Of a stretch of DNA of 64,000 nucleotides, positions 16,899 to 25,248 are shown in pieces. The stretch lies in the sequence record LC483177.1. One strand, given 5' to 3'. The stretch comes from Klebsiella phage 05F01. The stretch's first letter is position 1. Each line of letters starts with the position of its first letter. The position numbers and the translations under genes were made by a program. The notes under the pieces were generated by a model. It was not told where the DNA came from. It was given only the letters and a program-made list of their open reading frames with translations, and did not search any database.

Positions 16899-17171
16899 TT
16901 ATTTCCTTACCTCATACCCATTTGACTCTGTCCACAGGAGAAGAACACCAGTGGATTTGTATATTTCAATGCATTTTGTCATATGCAGAATGTACATGTC
17001 AATCTCTTTAATATCTTTTCTGAATTTATTTACAGAAAGAGAAAAGCAAGATTGAGGGATACTTTTACGATTTACAAGGTCACGTTTAAAGTGTTGAAAA
17101 TCTTTTACTAATCGTTTCCTTTCTGCCTTAATTGCTTTAAGTGCAGTTCCATCATACGGGTGCTTTTTCAT
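16899..17171 (-). CDS. hypothetical protein (90 aa)
   Basis: ORF. Confidence 0.45.
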   Translation of the reverse strand: MKKHPYDGTALKAIKAERKRLVKDFQHFKRDLVNRKSIPQSCFSLSVNKFRKDIKEIDMYILHMTKCIEIYKSTGVLLLWTESNGYEVRK

Positions 17172-18421
17172 TAATCCTCACATTTCAATAAGAACTTATT
17201 GTTAATAACTTTGAAGTGCACTGTGATACCATTCACTTTAGATACACTCTTGTATACATCACCTTCAGCGATTTTATGCTTGATAGATGCATGATCAGCA
17301 GAATCAAGCGCCTCTTTAATAGAAGAGTACTCATCGAAGAAGGACACAATATCACCTTGTGGGACAGTTGTCAACCCTAGTAGTGAAGATAGCGTTAAGA
17401 AATCATCATCATCAAGGAAGCAACGGTTGTCAATATCCCAGATACGGAATGCGTAGAACTGGTAATCTTCTAGTTCTTCACGATTGCCCTGAATACCCGG
17501 CCCCATACATTCACCTTGGATAGCTAGCTGACGATTATTAGCTACACAATACTCTTTTAGACGTTCTGGAATATTGTCTTTTAGTGCTGCTTTCCAGAAG
17601 TGAGATTCTGGGTCAAATTTCAGTGCTAGATTACGAGAACAAACAGAAATCTGACCGCAATCCCACTGGAATGGATAAGGCTTAACTTCTACAACCTCCA
17701 GTTCTTGAGTTTCTTCATTCCATGCACGAATTTCATCGTCAACTTTATCAACATAAAAATCTGGGTTACTCATGAAGGCAATAGTCTGACTAGAGCCGTC
17801 TAGTTTCAATGATTTACGAAAACTTACACCTTTCATGGTATGAGAGAATTTACCAAATACGTTCTGGATACGGTCTTCATCAGTTTTTGGAATTACAATA
17901 GGGAAGTTACCTGCTGCTTTACATTTACCTAAACCACCATTGCGTTCGTCAGGACGTTCGTACTTAGTTACGTGCACAAATTGTTCAATACCGTCACGAG
18001 ACTCTTCGAGATCTGCAAGTAGTAGCTCACGTGTTTTTGCAGTGAAAGAGTCTGGATGGTAACCATTAGCAGTGTCGATATCTTCTAGTACAGATTCGAA
18101 CATAGTTACTGGTAGAGCAAGGCCCTGAGAAACAACGCCACGTAGTTTACGTGTACGTAGACGGAAACGCTCAACATTCTGTTCGTCAATCTTACATGCA
18201 CTTCCTGCTAAGAATGAAAACTGCTGTGCCTTTACTGGTAGGAAGGAATCAATTTCGAAGAATACACAGTAATCTCCAACTTGAAATTCACCTTTTTTAA
18301 CTACAACATCCCAACCATCTACAGTTGCTTTTACGATCATATCCGCACCTTCAATCGGATCAATAGCATTAATTTTACGAATAGTGACCAGTTTACGACC
18401 TTCTTTAATTAGCTCTTTCAT
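17171..18421 (-). CDS. ATP-dependent polynucleotide ligase, Rnl-like (N-terminal domain + nucleotidyltransferase domain)
   Basis: Ligase motifs are present: I (KLDGSS), III (FYAFRIWD), IV (AEGDVYK) and V (VHFKVIN). There is no C-terminal OB domain. The ~200-aa N-terminal domain resembles Rnl5-type RNA ligases. Confidence 0.5.
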   Translation of the reverse strand: MKELIKEGRKLVTIRKINAIDPIEGADMIVKATVDGWDVVVKKGEFQVGDYCVFFEIDSFLPVKAQQFSFLAGSACKIDEQNVERFRLRTRKLRGVVSQGLALPVTMFESVLEDIDTANGYHPDSFTAKTRELLLADLEESRDGIEQFVHVTKYERPDERNGGLGKCKAAGNFPIVIPKTDEDRIQNVFGKFSHTMKGVSFRKSLKLDGSSQTIAFMSNPDFYVDKVDDEIRAWNEETQELEVVEVKPYPFQWDCGQISVCSRNLALKFDPESHFWKAALKDNIPERLKEYCVANNRQLAIQGECMGPGIQGNREELEDYQFYAFRIWDIDNRCFLDDDDFLTLSSLLGLTTVPQGDIVSFFDEYSSIKEALDSADHASIKHKIAEGDVYKSVSKVNGITVHFKVINNKFLLKCED

Positions 18422-18433
18422 TATTTCCCCCTA

Positions 18434-18760
18434 TTAATTCACATTAATACCGAAAGATTCACTTAACATCTTCCATTCTGTGCTATAAAAGTCCCGCCCA
18501 TGTATACAACGAACAAAACACATGCAGTATTCTTTCAGCAAATCAAAAACACTTAAGTCTTTATAAAAAATTACTTCACTATCACCATACCGCATATTGA
18601 TTGTGATTGCCTCTCCATCATCCGTAAGATACATACCACTTTTTGCTTGTGTATTTAAATCAGCTTCCCAAATACCCCTATCTTTGTCAAATGAAATTGA
18701 TACATAAATTCCCTTTTCAGATAAAAACTCAAGAGATCTTACTACTTTTTCATTAAACAT
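18434..18760 (-). CDS. hypothetical protein
   Basis: Start placed at MFNEK, which has an AAGGAG RBS. Confidence 0.45.
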   Translation of the reverse strand: MFNEKVVRSLEFLSEKGIYVSISFDKDRGIWEADLNTQAKSGMYLTDDGEAITINMRYGDSEVIFYKDLSVFDLLKEYCMCFVRCIHGRDFYSTEWKMLSESFGINVN

Positions 18761-19268
18761 CTTTATCTCCTTCGATAAGAGTAACACCCACCTTACTTAA
18801 AGTAGATGTTGACATATGCGGGTATTTTTCAAAATCTTGTAAATCTTTCTTAAGCTGCTCTTGTCGTTCTTTAAAAACTTTTTCAACTAATTTAGAAACA
18901 ACTTCTTGGTTAAGTTTTGGTCTGCTTTCTTCTAGTTCGAGCAGTTCATTCTCATGCCGCTTTTTAAGTTCAACTAACTTGTTATTATGTTCAACTTCAT
19001 CCATTGCATCTTTGCATACACAGCAATGACCAATATCATAATAACCTGTAAAGAAACCTCGGCCTTTTTCTAGCTCACCTTGAATAGGTAATGCTTTTCT
19101 TCCGCAATAAGCACAATATTTATGATAGAAACCTTCAATGGACAGAACTTTTGTTGGTTTTGCTCCAGATGTAGAATTATACTCACCCACATACCCGTCT
19201 CTACCGTATACATGATGAAAGAATGGGTAGGCACGTTCATCTACATGTTCTTCATTACGTCGCGTCAT
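18753..19268 (-). CDS. hypothetical Cys-rich protein (171 aa)
   Basis: CAYCGRK...HCCVCKD motifs. Confidence 0.45.
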   Translation of the reverse strand: MTRRNEEHVDERAYPFFHHVYGRDGYVGEYNSTSGAKPTKVLSIEGFYHKYCAYCGRKALPIQGELEKGRGFFTGYYDIGHCCVCKDAMDEVEHNNKLVELKKRHENELLELEESRPKLNQEVVSKLVEKVFKERQEQLKKDLQDFEKYPHMSTSTLSKVGVTLIEGDKDV

Positions 19269-19271
19269 TTA

Positions 19272-19562
19272 TTAATCCTCTAACAAGTAATCGTGGAGTT
19301 CTTCACAACTTAAACCTTCTTCCCACATGAAGTGAACATCTTTTGTTTCACTTCCATAGTTGGCATCTATTGGGAAGTAGCGGAACTCATAATGGTTACT
19401 ATTCTTTTTAATATTCAGCATTATATCCATCTCACTATCAATGATATTTCCTATATCATTATATGTTAATGCACACTGAGATAATAAAGTAGGGAATGGA
19501 GAAACACCATCATCCCACCCTAAAAGAACCATAAAGCATAAGTCTTCATTAACACTTTTCAT
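19272..19562 (-). CDS. hypothetical protein (96 aa)
   Basis: ORF. Confidence 0.45.
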   Translation of the reverse strand: MKSVNEDLCFMVLLGWDDGVSPFPTLLSQCALTYNDIGNIIDSEMDIMLNIKKNSNHYEFRYFPIDANYGSETKDVHFMWEEGLSCEELHDYLLED

Positions 19563-19759
19563 CAGATTTCCTCTTCGTATTTGATGAACTTAGTGTATGC
19601 AATTACGTTAGATTTGTCAAAGTAAAATGCACCATTAATGATAGATATTTTACCACTTGCTGCGTTATGCACTTCACAATACCCATACTCACCATCTTCC
19701 ATGTAGACGAGACACATACCTAAAGGAAGATCTTCTGTTGACTTAACTTTAATCCACAT
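19562..19759 (-). CDS. hypothetical protein (65 aa)
   Basis: ORF. Confidence 0.4.
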   Translation of the reverse strand: MWIKVKSTEDLPLGMCLVYMEDGEYGYCEVHNAASGKISIINGAFYFDKSNVIAYTKFIKYEEEI

Positions 19760-19776
19760 ACTTACTCCAGATATTT

Positions 19777-20013
19777 TTAATTAATGACTGGATACTCTCT
19801 TTCATAGGTTCTAAAAGACAGACTATCACCACACCATTCTATACCTAAATATGGGTCATCTAAGTGTTCTATATCAAGAACACAAGCATTTCCTACTTCG
19901 TACCTTTCTCCATAAGCATCAATATATGTAGGTACCGCATCAATCAATAAGACAGCAACAACTTTAGTATATACCTTATCATGATTATCTTTCACATACA
20001 AAGTATTTATCAT
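19777..20013 (-). CDS. hypothetical protein (78 aa)
   Basis: ORF. Confidence 0.4.
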   Translation of the reverse strand: MINTLYVKDNHDKVYTKVVAVLLIDAVPTYIDAYGERYEVGNACVLDIEHLDDPYLGIEWCGDSLSFRTYEREYPVIN

Positions 20014-20390
20014 TATCGCACCTCTAAGCTTGGGATTAAGGTTTGTGGAGCAAAGATAACACGAGTGTGGTCAACACTCACCTGAGCACCATCCACTTGC
20101 TCAATAAAGTATGTAGTATCAGTAGATAGCCCCATGTAATGTTTCTTCACAGAACCGTTAGCCTTATCACGACAAGTGATGATGAGTGTTCGATCAGTGC
20201 TACTATTGTCTTTTGCACAATACCCTTCAATGCGCATCAGCTCTTTGTCTGTACGAGTATTGATGAAGTGGGTAGAACGCAACACTTCAAAATTATCGCC
20301 AGCTGTGGCGATGTTACGGCTCGCAACGTCAGCAGCTTGTTCACAACCAACCAAACTCATGAATAGAATAGCCATTAAAACCTTTTTCAT
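20013..20390 (-). CDS. putative lipoprotein (lipobox LVGC), GC-richer
   Basis: Signal peptide MKKVLMAILFMSLVGC. GC-richer codon usage. Confidence 0.5.
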   Translation of the reverse strand: MKKVLMAILFMSLVGCEQAADVASRNIATAGDNFEVLRSTHFINTRTDKELMRIEGYCAKDNSSTDRTLIITCRDKANGSVKKHYMGLSTDTTYFIEQVDGAQVSVDHTRVIFAPQTLIPSLEVR

Positions 20391-20552
20391 TTTTTACTCT
20401 CCTCTATTTGAAAATTTTATAGTAAGGAAGTTTTTTGATCAACTCCTCTGGTGTTCTACTTTCAGTCCAAGTGGCTCCACCATCCGTAGAGGCGTAGCCC
20501 TTGTTGCCAACGTATTTACGCATGATAGCACGAAACTGATTTTGATAGATAG

Positions 20553-20777
20553 TCATTCCATCTCCTTTATTGCATAATCTAAAACATCTCTAAGGTTTTT
20601 AGCATCTTGCAAAGTTAAAGAGAAACCTAAACCACAAGAGTTCAATTTGAGTCGTATCTGATCATCATAATCCGGGTAGCAATATGCAAATACCTCTTGA
20701 CGGCCAAAATTACCCTCAGCAGCATATAATCTTACTTGACGAGGCCAAACATCCAACGGTCTTTCCACTCTTACCAT
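20553..20777 (-). CDS. hypothetical protein (74 aa)
   Basis: ORF. Confidence 0.4.
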   Translation of the reverse strand: MVRVERPLDVWPRQVRLYAAEGNFGRQEVFAYCYPDYDDQIRLKLNSCGLGFSLTLQDAKNLRDVLDYAIKEME

Positions 20778-20778
20778 T

Positions 20779-21003
20779 TTATACCCCTGGTGGTAAAGTT
20801 ATACCGCCGCTACTGCGACAGCGGGAAAGATACCCTGTATTGTGAGCCGAAGACGTTTTTTCAAGCCACTCTACCTTATCATGAAGGTCTTGACATTGTA
20901 AATACATCTCCCAAAATTGAATAATTACCTGTTGTTTAGGTACACCACGGAAATGTTCTTGGAACTCTTCAAAATGTTCCATCGTAAGCTGTTCTGATTT
21001 CAT
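20779..21003 (-). CDS. hypothetical protein (74 aa)
   Basis: ORF. Confidence 0.4.
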   Translation of the reverse strand: MKSEQLTMEHFEEFQEHFRGVPKQQVIIQFWEMYLQCQDLHDKVEWLEKTSSAHNTGYLSRCRSSGGITLPPGV

Positions 21004-21197
21004 TTCTTATCCTTTTCAACAGAGTAGCCACGTGATTTAAGGTATTCTAAACACAACATCTCCATATGAGATGGATCTGTGCAATACTTACCTTCAATCT
21101 TATCTAGATCTGAAACCTTAACACGAAAGCCTATAACTCTAGTATCTTCAATTTCCCTAGAATTGCCCCCAGGTGAATTGATTACAGAAATGATCAT
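21000..21197 (-). CDS. hypothetical protein (65 aa)
   Basis: ORF. Confidence 0.4.
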   Translation of the reverse strand: MIISVINSPGGNSREIEDTRVIGFRVKVSDLDKIEGKYCTDPSHMEMLCLEYLKSRGYSVEKDKK

Positions 21198-21205
21198 AAA
21201 TCCTC

Positions 21206-21499
21206 CTACCAGATTTGAAAATGTGCTTCTAAACGGTAATGTTTTTGTTTATTACCCCATACTGCATACACTCCTGAGTTCCACCCACTTCCATCTCTTG
21301 AAGCTTTCCTTGCATGTTCCGGTGTTAACAACATAGTATCATAATCGTTCTTACATTTATATAGAGTATTCTCTCCTGTTACAATTCTTTGGCACTCATT
21401 TTTTACTTTATCATATTGAATCATAAACTCTTCAGCAGTTGTTGTTTCTAGAGTACAACCACTGATAACTAAAGTCAACATCAAAACTAAGTATTTCAT
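21206..21499 (-). CDS. putative lipoprotein (lipobox ISGC), paralog of 24943..25239
   Basis: EEFMIQYDKVKNECQRI matches HEFMLQYNKVKKECSRI in the 24943 protein. Confidence 0.5.
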   Translation of the reverse strand: MKYLVLMLTLVISGCTLETTTAEEFMIQYDKVKNECQRIVTGENTLYKCKNDYDTMLLTPEHARKASRDGSGWNSGVYAVWGNKQKHYRLEAHFQIW

Positions 21500-21966
21500 T
21501 TCTTTTTCCTTTTCTGGAGCTTGTTATGACCTTTACCTTTCTTAATCTTGTGTTGAGTGTAATCAAAGCAACCCGGTTTTTTAACCATCACTTCCGGTGT
21601 CTTAAAATTAATCTCAACATCACGACACATTTCCTTAATAGAGTGCGAGAAATGAGCTAGTACTCTCTCCTCAATAAATGAAAAATCCATCTCAGTAAGA
21701 GTAGACGAGATTTCTTTACGTTCATCTACGCTCAGTCTCACTTCATCTTCCTTCCATTCGTAGTGATCTTCAACCACCATCCAACCATCATTCTGCCATT
21801 CTTCGCCACGGAACCAACTATCCATCGGGTATCCAGCTTCATCTACCATTCGCCCACCGTTGTTAGCTGGCATGTGAAAATACTCTTCACCTGTAAAGTA
21901 TTCATGTTTCACTTTACAACCTTGCTCCATCATTGCCACTGCTTGTGTGTAAGATAAATTATACAT
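21496..21966 (-). CDS. DUF2829 (Tad2-like) domain protein with a C-terminal extension
   Basis: The N-terminus, LSYTQAVAMMEQGCKVKHEYF...MDSWFRGEEWQNDGWMVVE, resembles the DUF2829 pattern (AL..GKKV.R..W ... PW..SQ.DLLAEDWEIV). Start placed at MYNLS. Confidence 0.35.
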   Translation of the reverse strand: MYNLSYTQAVAMMEQGCKVKHEYFTGEEYFHMPANNGGRMVDEAGYPMDSWFRGEEWQNDGWMVVEDHYEWKEDEVRLSVDERKEISSTLTEMDFSFIEERVLAHFSHSIKEMCRDVEINFKTPEVMVKKPGCFDYTQHKIKKGKGHNKLQKRKKK

Positions 21967-22036
21967 TCTGTGTCTCCTCTCGTTTGTATGCATACATCTT
22001 AACACAGCTTATGGGTATGTCAACAACTAAATCCTA

Positions 22037-22064
22037 TTGACTTTGATTATTTTTTGACTACTAT
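22037..22064 (+). promoter_or_regulatory. candidate promoter: TTGACT-16nt-TACTAT
   Basis: Lies upstream of the first rightward gene. The -10 is imperfect. Confidence 0.35.
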
Positions 22065-22092
22065 AGAAAGAAAACACAGCTAAGGGGGAAGT

Positions 22093-22665
22093 ATGAAATT
22101 TTCAGATTTAGGTATCACTGTAGAGGACTTAGAGGGGATTTGGTATGAAGATGGTATGGAGGAGGATTTTGATGATGACAATCCAGACTCTAAGTTTTCC
22201 TATCTTAGTCAAGGAGCAAACTCCGTAGTCTTTAACATCAAAGACTGTCCATCATGTGTGCTTAAGCTTGTGATGTTCGATGGCGACCCTTTCATTGAGT
22301 TAATGAAGTTGAGTGAAGAAGACAGGAAACTCTGTTCTCTGCCTGTATTGTATGATAAGTATGAGAATGGGGGACTCTACCTTTACTTGATTGAGAGATG
22401 CTATGATGCTAAGTTTGACCAGACAGAGTATCAGGACCTGTTTGGTATCCCTTATTGTTTTGAGGAAGTAAGGAGTAGTAGACTTAAGAAATTGGAGAGT
22501 AGTTGTGATAAGCTTACTGAACTATTTAGTGATAGGATTAATGAAGAGGGAAGTATTGTATCTCCTCTTGGTGAGTTGATGTGGGATTGGGATATTTATG
22601 ATGACAATATTCTTATGAGGAAGAATGGAGAGTTAGTAATAGTTGATCCATTCTGTGCTGGATAA
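22093..22665 (+). CDS. hypothetical protein with a possible protein-kinase-like fold
   Basis: GANSVVFNI...VLKL has a glycine-loop / VAIK-like shape. DDNILMRKNGELVIVDPF has a catalytic-loop / DFG-like shape. Weak support. Confidence 0.3.
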   Translation: MKFSDLGITVEDLEGIWYEDGMEEDFDDDNPDSKFSYLSQGANSVVFNIKDCPSCVLKLVMFDGDPFIELMKLSEEDRKLCSLPVLYDKYENGGLYLYLIERCYDAKFDQTEYQDLFGIPYCFEEVRSSRLKKLESSCDKLTELFSDRINEEGSIVSPLGELMWDWDIYDDNILMRKNGELVIVDPFCAG

Positions 22666-22811
22666 ACTAATTGTTTCATTCCCCTTCTTTCAGAAGTGTC
22701 ATGAAACATAGATATATTATATAATCTTTTCCTTCGGAAACCTATAGGGTTAGGGTAACATGGGAATTTAAATACGTCAATACCTAATTTATAAGTTGTT
22801 GTAAACACTAC

Positions 22812-22860
22812 ATTTTAAATTTAGGTTTTGGTTTATGTGGAGAAAAAGTTTAAATAATTA
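22812..22860 (+). repeat. 45-bp repeat, copy 3
   Basis: ATTTTAAATTTAGGTTTTGGTTT...AAAGTTTAAATAATTA. The palindrome TGTTATATTATAACA (22861..22875) follows immediately. Confidence 0.6.
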
Positions 22861-22893
22861 TGTTATATTATAACAATAACGAAGGGTATAAGT

Positions 22894-22930
22894 TGTTATA
22901 CCAATTACATGTGGGATGTTATACCAATTA
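22894..22930 (+). repeat. direct repeats TGTTATACCAATTA x2, 23 bp apart (iteron-like)
   Basis: Copies at 22894..22907 and 22917..22930. Confidence 0.5.
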
Positions 22931-23032
22931 TAGGGTTAATACCTTAAGTGTTTGAATTAATGTGGTTTACATCTTCCATTAACATACTAATGAATAAATC
23001 TGGTCTAGACCAGATACAACAGGAGAAAATAG

Positions 23033-23218
23033 ATGAGAGATAAATTTGAGCTTTACATGGCGGGTAAGTTAGGTTATCTTGTCTCTGAGATTAAGTATGC
23101 TAGAGACCCATTTGATGGATATCTCTACGCTTTCGATGTCACACACCCACTACACTGCTTAGATAGTGCGTGGCGTTTGTGGAAAGTTGCTTACAATATG
23201 GGAGCTAAAGATGACTAA
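23033..23218 (+). CDS. hypothetical protein (61 aa)
   Basis: ORF. Confidence 0.4.
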   Translation: MRDKFELYMAGKLGYLVSEIKYARDPFDGYLYAFDVTHPLHCLDSAWRLWKVAYNMGAKDD

Positions 23219-23408
23219 ATACACCTGCTTAGAAAAAATTACTTACGATTTTAATGATGAACAGATTGACAAGGTAGTTTTTTCTGTTAAGGTCGAATGG
23301 GACAAATATACACATCATTCTGGTTGGTGGTTGCCTTTTGAGACATTAGGTAAGAAACAGTATCAGTGTGGTGTAGAGCAATATATTGTATGGAAGGAGG
23401 TAGTATGA
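23211..23408 (+). CDS. hypothetical protein
   Basis: Internal Met (MTKYTCLEK) chosen as the start. Confidence 0.4.
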   Translation: MTKYTCLEKITYDFNDEQIDKVVFSVKVEWDKYTHHSGWWLPFETLGKKQYQCGVEQYIVWKEVV

Positions 23409-23725
23409 AAGTACGTATTGATAAAGATTACTGTTCAGAACCTGTATGGGTTTGTGATAATGAAGAAGGATTTTTCCCTAATGGAGATCTTGACGACTTT
23501 AAAGGAATGCTATCTGAAGACTTAATCAAAGAGTTACAGGAGTACAGCGATTTGTGGGAAAGTGTTTATTGGGACCACAGTAATATCACCACACAAGCCT
23601 ATGAAGCTTTTGATAAATTATTTGAAAAGCTGACAAAATCATTAGCTAAAGCTTGCAAAGAGCAGCAACCTCAAATAGAATGGTGCTATTGGTGTTCAAG
23701 TAAAGGAACAGAAATCTACGTGTAA
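23405..23725 (+). CDS. hypothetical protein
   Basis: Start at MKVRIDK, which has a strong GGAAGGAGG RBS. Confidence 0.5.
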   Translation: MKVRIDKDYCSEPVWVCDNEEGFFPNGDLDDFKGMLSEDLIKELQEYSDLWESVYWDHSNITTQAYEAFDKLFEKLTKSLAKACKEQQPQIEWCYWCSSKGTEIYV

Positions 23726-23735
23726 GGGGGTTACT

Positions 23736-23933
23736 ATGGTGTACGTGAATGTGATGCTACCGCTTGATCCTAACCGTTCTGATGATCGTCAATTTGAACT
23801 TACTGTCTACAACGAGGGAATTCTCCTTGAACGTGAGGCTAATGAAATGTACGATTATGAATCAGTGGCTCTGAGTAAAGAACAAGCACTGCGTCTTGCA
23901 GCTTTTATCTTTGCATCCTATGATATAAAGTAG
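23736..23933 (+). CDS. hypothetical protein (65 aa)
   Basis: ORF. Confidence 0.4.
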   Translation: MVYVNVMLPLDPNRSDDRQFELTVYNEGILLEREANEMYDYESVALSKEQALRLAAFIFASYDIK

Positions 23934-23942
23934 GAACTGATC

Positions 23943-24200
23943 ATGAAGACACAGATGCAAGTTGTTTTAAATGCGATAGAAAAACTTGAGAGTATGCCTG
24001 ATATTGATTTTTATGATACTCTTGTCACAGCAGGGATTGTCTCAGGAGAAGAAACATATTCCCTTTGGGGTAGTATGGGAGTTGATTATGACAATTACTT
24101 ACTAAAAAGAAATCTATCTTATAAAGATGCTATATACTACCGGAGTGTGTATCTGGTTACCTGGAGAGATGTTTTTCTAAAAGAGGAAGATATATTATAA
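23943..24200 (+). CDS. hypothetical protein (85 aa)
   Basis: ORF. Confidence 0.45.
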   Translation: MKTQMQVVLNAIEKLESMPDIDFYDTLVTAGIVSGEETYSLWGSMGVDYDNYLLKRNLSYKDAIYYRSVYLVTWRDVFLKEEDIL

Positions 24201-24745
24201 TGACAACTATAATTTCTGATCTTCGACATGGTGATGTCTACACTGATAGCAGAGGGACTTATGTCTCTACTTATGGTTTCTTTAAAAAGAAAGAAAAGAT
24301 CCATAGCCACGTTAAATCTATGAAGGTGTTTAAACTTAAAGGATTACTCTGTGCAAAAGTTGGAAATACAATTGGGTCTGATGCGGTAATAAACCAAATT
24401 AAAAAAGGAACATTCCAAGACATTTTAGGGTCATCATTCAAAGTTCTTAAAGATCATGCAGGTGGTGTGGTAATCACTCGTAAAGGCTATTGCATCTTTC
24501 TTAGAGTTGATAGTGAAGGGAAATTTACCAGAAAAGTTTATTTTGGGACAGAATCTATAAAAACTTTTGGTAGTGGACTCTCTGCTGCGGTTTTAAGGAA
24601 TCTTGGTAGAAATCTAAAGTCAATATCTCTCTTAGATAGGGATATTTTGATTAGAGTTATGAAATATAATTCTTTGTTTGACAAGTACAGTGATGATGAG
24701 ATAGTGTACAGCAATCAAACATTAGAGCATTGGGTGTATAAATAA
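24200..24745 (+). CDS. hypothetical protein (181 aa)
   Basis: ORF. Confidence 0.5.
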   Translation: MTTIISDLRHGDVYTDSRGTYVSTYGFFKKKEKIHSHVKSMKVFKLKGLLCAKVGNTIGSDAVINQIKKGTFQDILGSSFKVLKDHAGGVVITRKGYCIFLRVDSEGKFTRKVYFGTESIKTFGSGLSAAVLRNLGRNLKSISLLDRDILIRVMKYNSLFDKYSDDEIVYSNQTLEHWVYK

Positions 24746-24746
24746 G

Positions 24747-24950
24747 ATGATTCCATACAAAATTTATGAGAAAGTTTTAGTAGATGGCAAGGAAGCCACA
24801 ATTAGAGATATCTACACTCGTGCATACCGTGATGACGATAACGAGATAAAGTTTTATCTCTCATACAGGATACATGAAAAAGGTTGGTGGGGAGATGATG
24901 TTCATCCAAGTCGAGTTCAAAAGTTAAAAGGGGAAATGAATTTTGTATAA
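24747..24950 (+). CDS. hypothetical protein (67 aa)
   Basis: ORF. Confidence 0.4.
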   Translation: MIPYKIYEKVLVDGKEATIRDIYTRAYRDDDNEIKFYLSYRIHEKGWWGDDVHPSRVQKLKGEMNFV

Positions 24951-25239
24951 AACTATTTTATTTGCACTATTGACATGCAGCTTATTTGGCTGTTATGATT
25001 CATCTGAAGACTTAACAGCACATGAATTCATGTTACAATATAACAAAGTCAAAAAAGAATGCTCAAGAATTGAGTTTTTAGATCTTGTTACTTATGAATG
25101 CAAAGATAAAAAAGATGATATGACTTTTAAGATTGAAAATAAGAAGTGGGTTGGGCGTGGTTACTCACAAAGTGGTGCTACTGTTATCTGGGGAATTAAA
25201 ACTGCTTTCATCAAAGCACCAGAAGATACTAAATGGTAA
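24943..25239 (+). CDS. putative lipoprotein (lipobox LFGC), paralog of 21206..21499
   Basis: Signal peptide MYKTILFALLTCSLFGC. A conserved QY.KVK.EC block is shared with the 21206 protein. Confidence 0.5.
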   Translation: MYKTILFALLTCSLFGCYDSSEDLTAHEFMLQYNKVKKECSRIEFLDLVTYECKDKKDDMTFKIENKKWVGRGYSQSGATVIWGIKTAFIKAPEDTKW

Positions 25240-25248
25240 GGAGTAAAA

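Noticed and set aside
20176-20577. 133-aa + strand ORF (and 20139..20366) opposite the lipoprotein gene
   Set aside because: It is antisense to a well-supported minus-strand gene block and has no RBS. It is low-complexity and hydrophobic.
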